Positions 63,611 through 64,000 of a stretch of 64,000 nucleotides of DNA are shown piece after piece. The position numbers and the translations under genes are program-made. Source of the stretch: Octopus vulgaris (lineage: Eukaryota); contig OX597821.1 of assembly GCA_951406725.2 (NCBI GenBank), positions 44,640,001-44,704,000 of the forward strand. Reading direction: 5' to 3'. The notes under the pieces were generated by a model, which saw nothing but the letters and a program-made list of their open reading frames with translations, was not told where the DNA came from and searched no databases. The first letter of the stretch is position 1, and every line of letters starts with the position of its first letter.

Positions 63611-64000
63611 AATCTGACATGGGTGATTCTTTCTTGTCTTGGGATTTACAGTCAAACGTCTGGGTGGAATTGTGCAAACAATTTTACAGGAATGATCCAT
63701 TGGTGATGCTGGGCTTTGTATTTTTTCATAGCTCCCATGGTTACTGAGATAATCTACTATAATAATAATAATACTCTTGTGTTTATGAATGAGAAAGGAA
63801 AGGGTGGTAGATGAATAAGGAAGGAATGAGTGATGTCATCTTGGTAGTGGGATGATGAAAATTGTACACTGAAAAAATAATCAAACAGCATTTGAACTCT
63901 GTGTGAATATATGTGTGTGTATGTAAAAGGGGGTATGTGAATGTGTGTGTGTGTGTTTGTGTGTGCGTGTGTGCATGCAATGGAAGTGGTTCATCTTTGT

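Overview
This is AT-rich, microsatellite-dense animal genomic DNA. The SINE/LINE repertoire points to an octopus or other cephalopod (inference). I reconstructed one spliced gene on the + strand: a BIVM-family gene with 8 coding exons (790-30951, 617 aa, all introns GT-AG and phase-consistent). It has acidic N- and C-terminal extensions, and Ala replaces the conserved Cys of the QYxxSCG motif. On the - strand lies a divergent 76-aa ubiquitin paralogue (46/76 identical, ending RLPGG), followed by a decayed second ubiquitin unit. The rest is mostly mobile DNA: a near-intact RTE LINE with a PHD-type finger inside the RT, degenerate RTE and CR1-group LINEs, several SINE families, Helitrons, a DD36E Tc1, mariner and hAT/Buster relics, and MITEs. 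The main non-coding signal is a canonical minimal type I hammerhead ribozyme motif at 59988-60080. Several palindromes elsewhere look like folded-back hammerhead remnants. Almost all Y/I/C/V-rich ORFs in the track are microsatellite artefacts.
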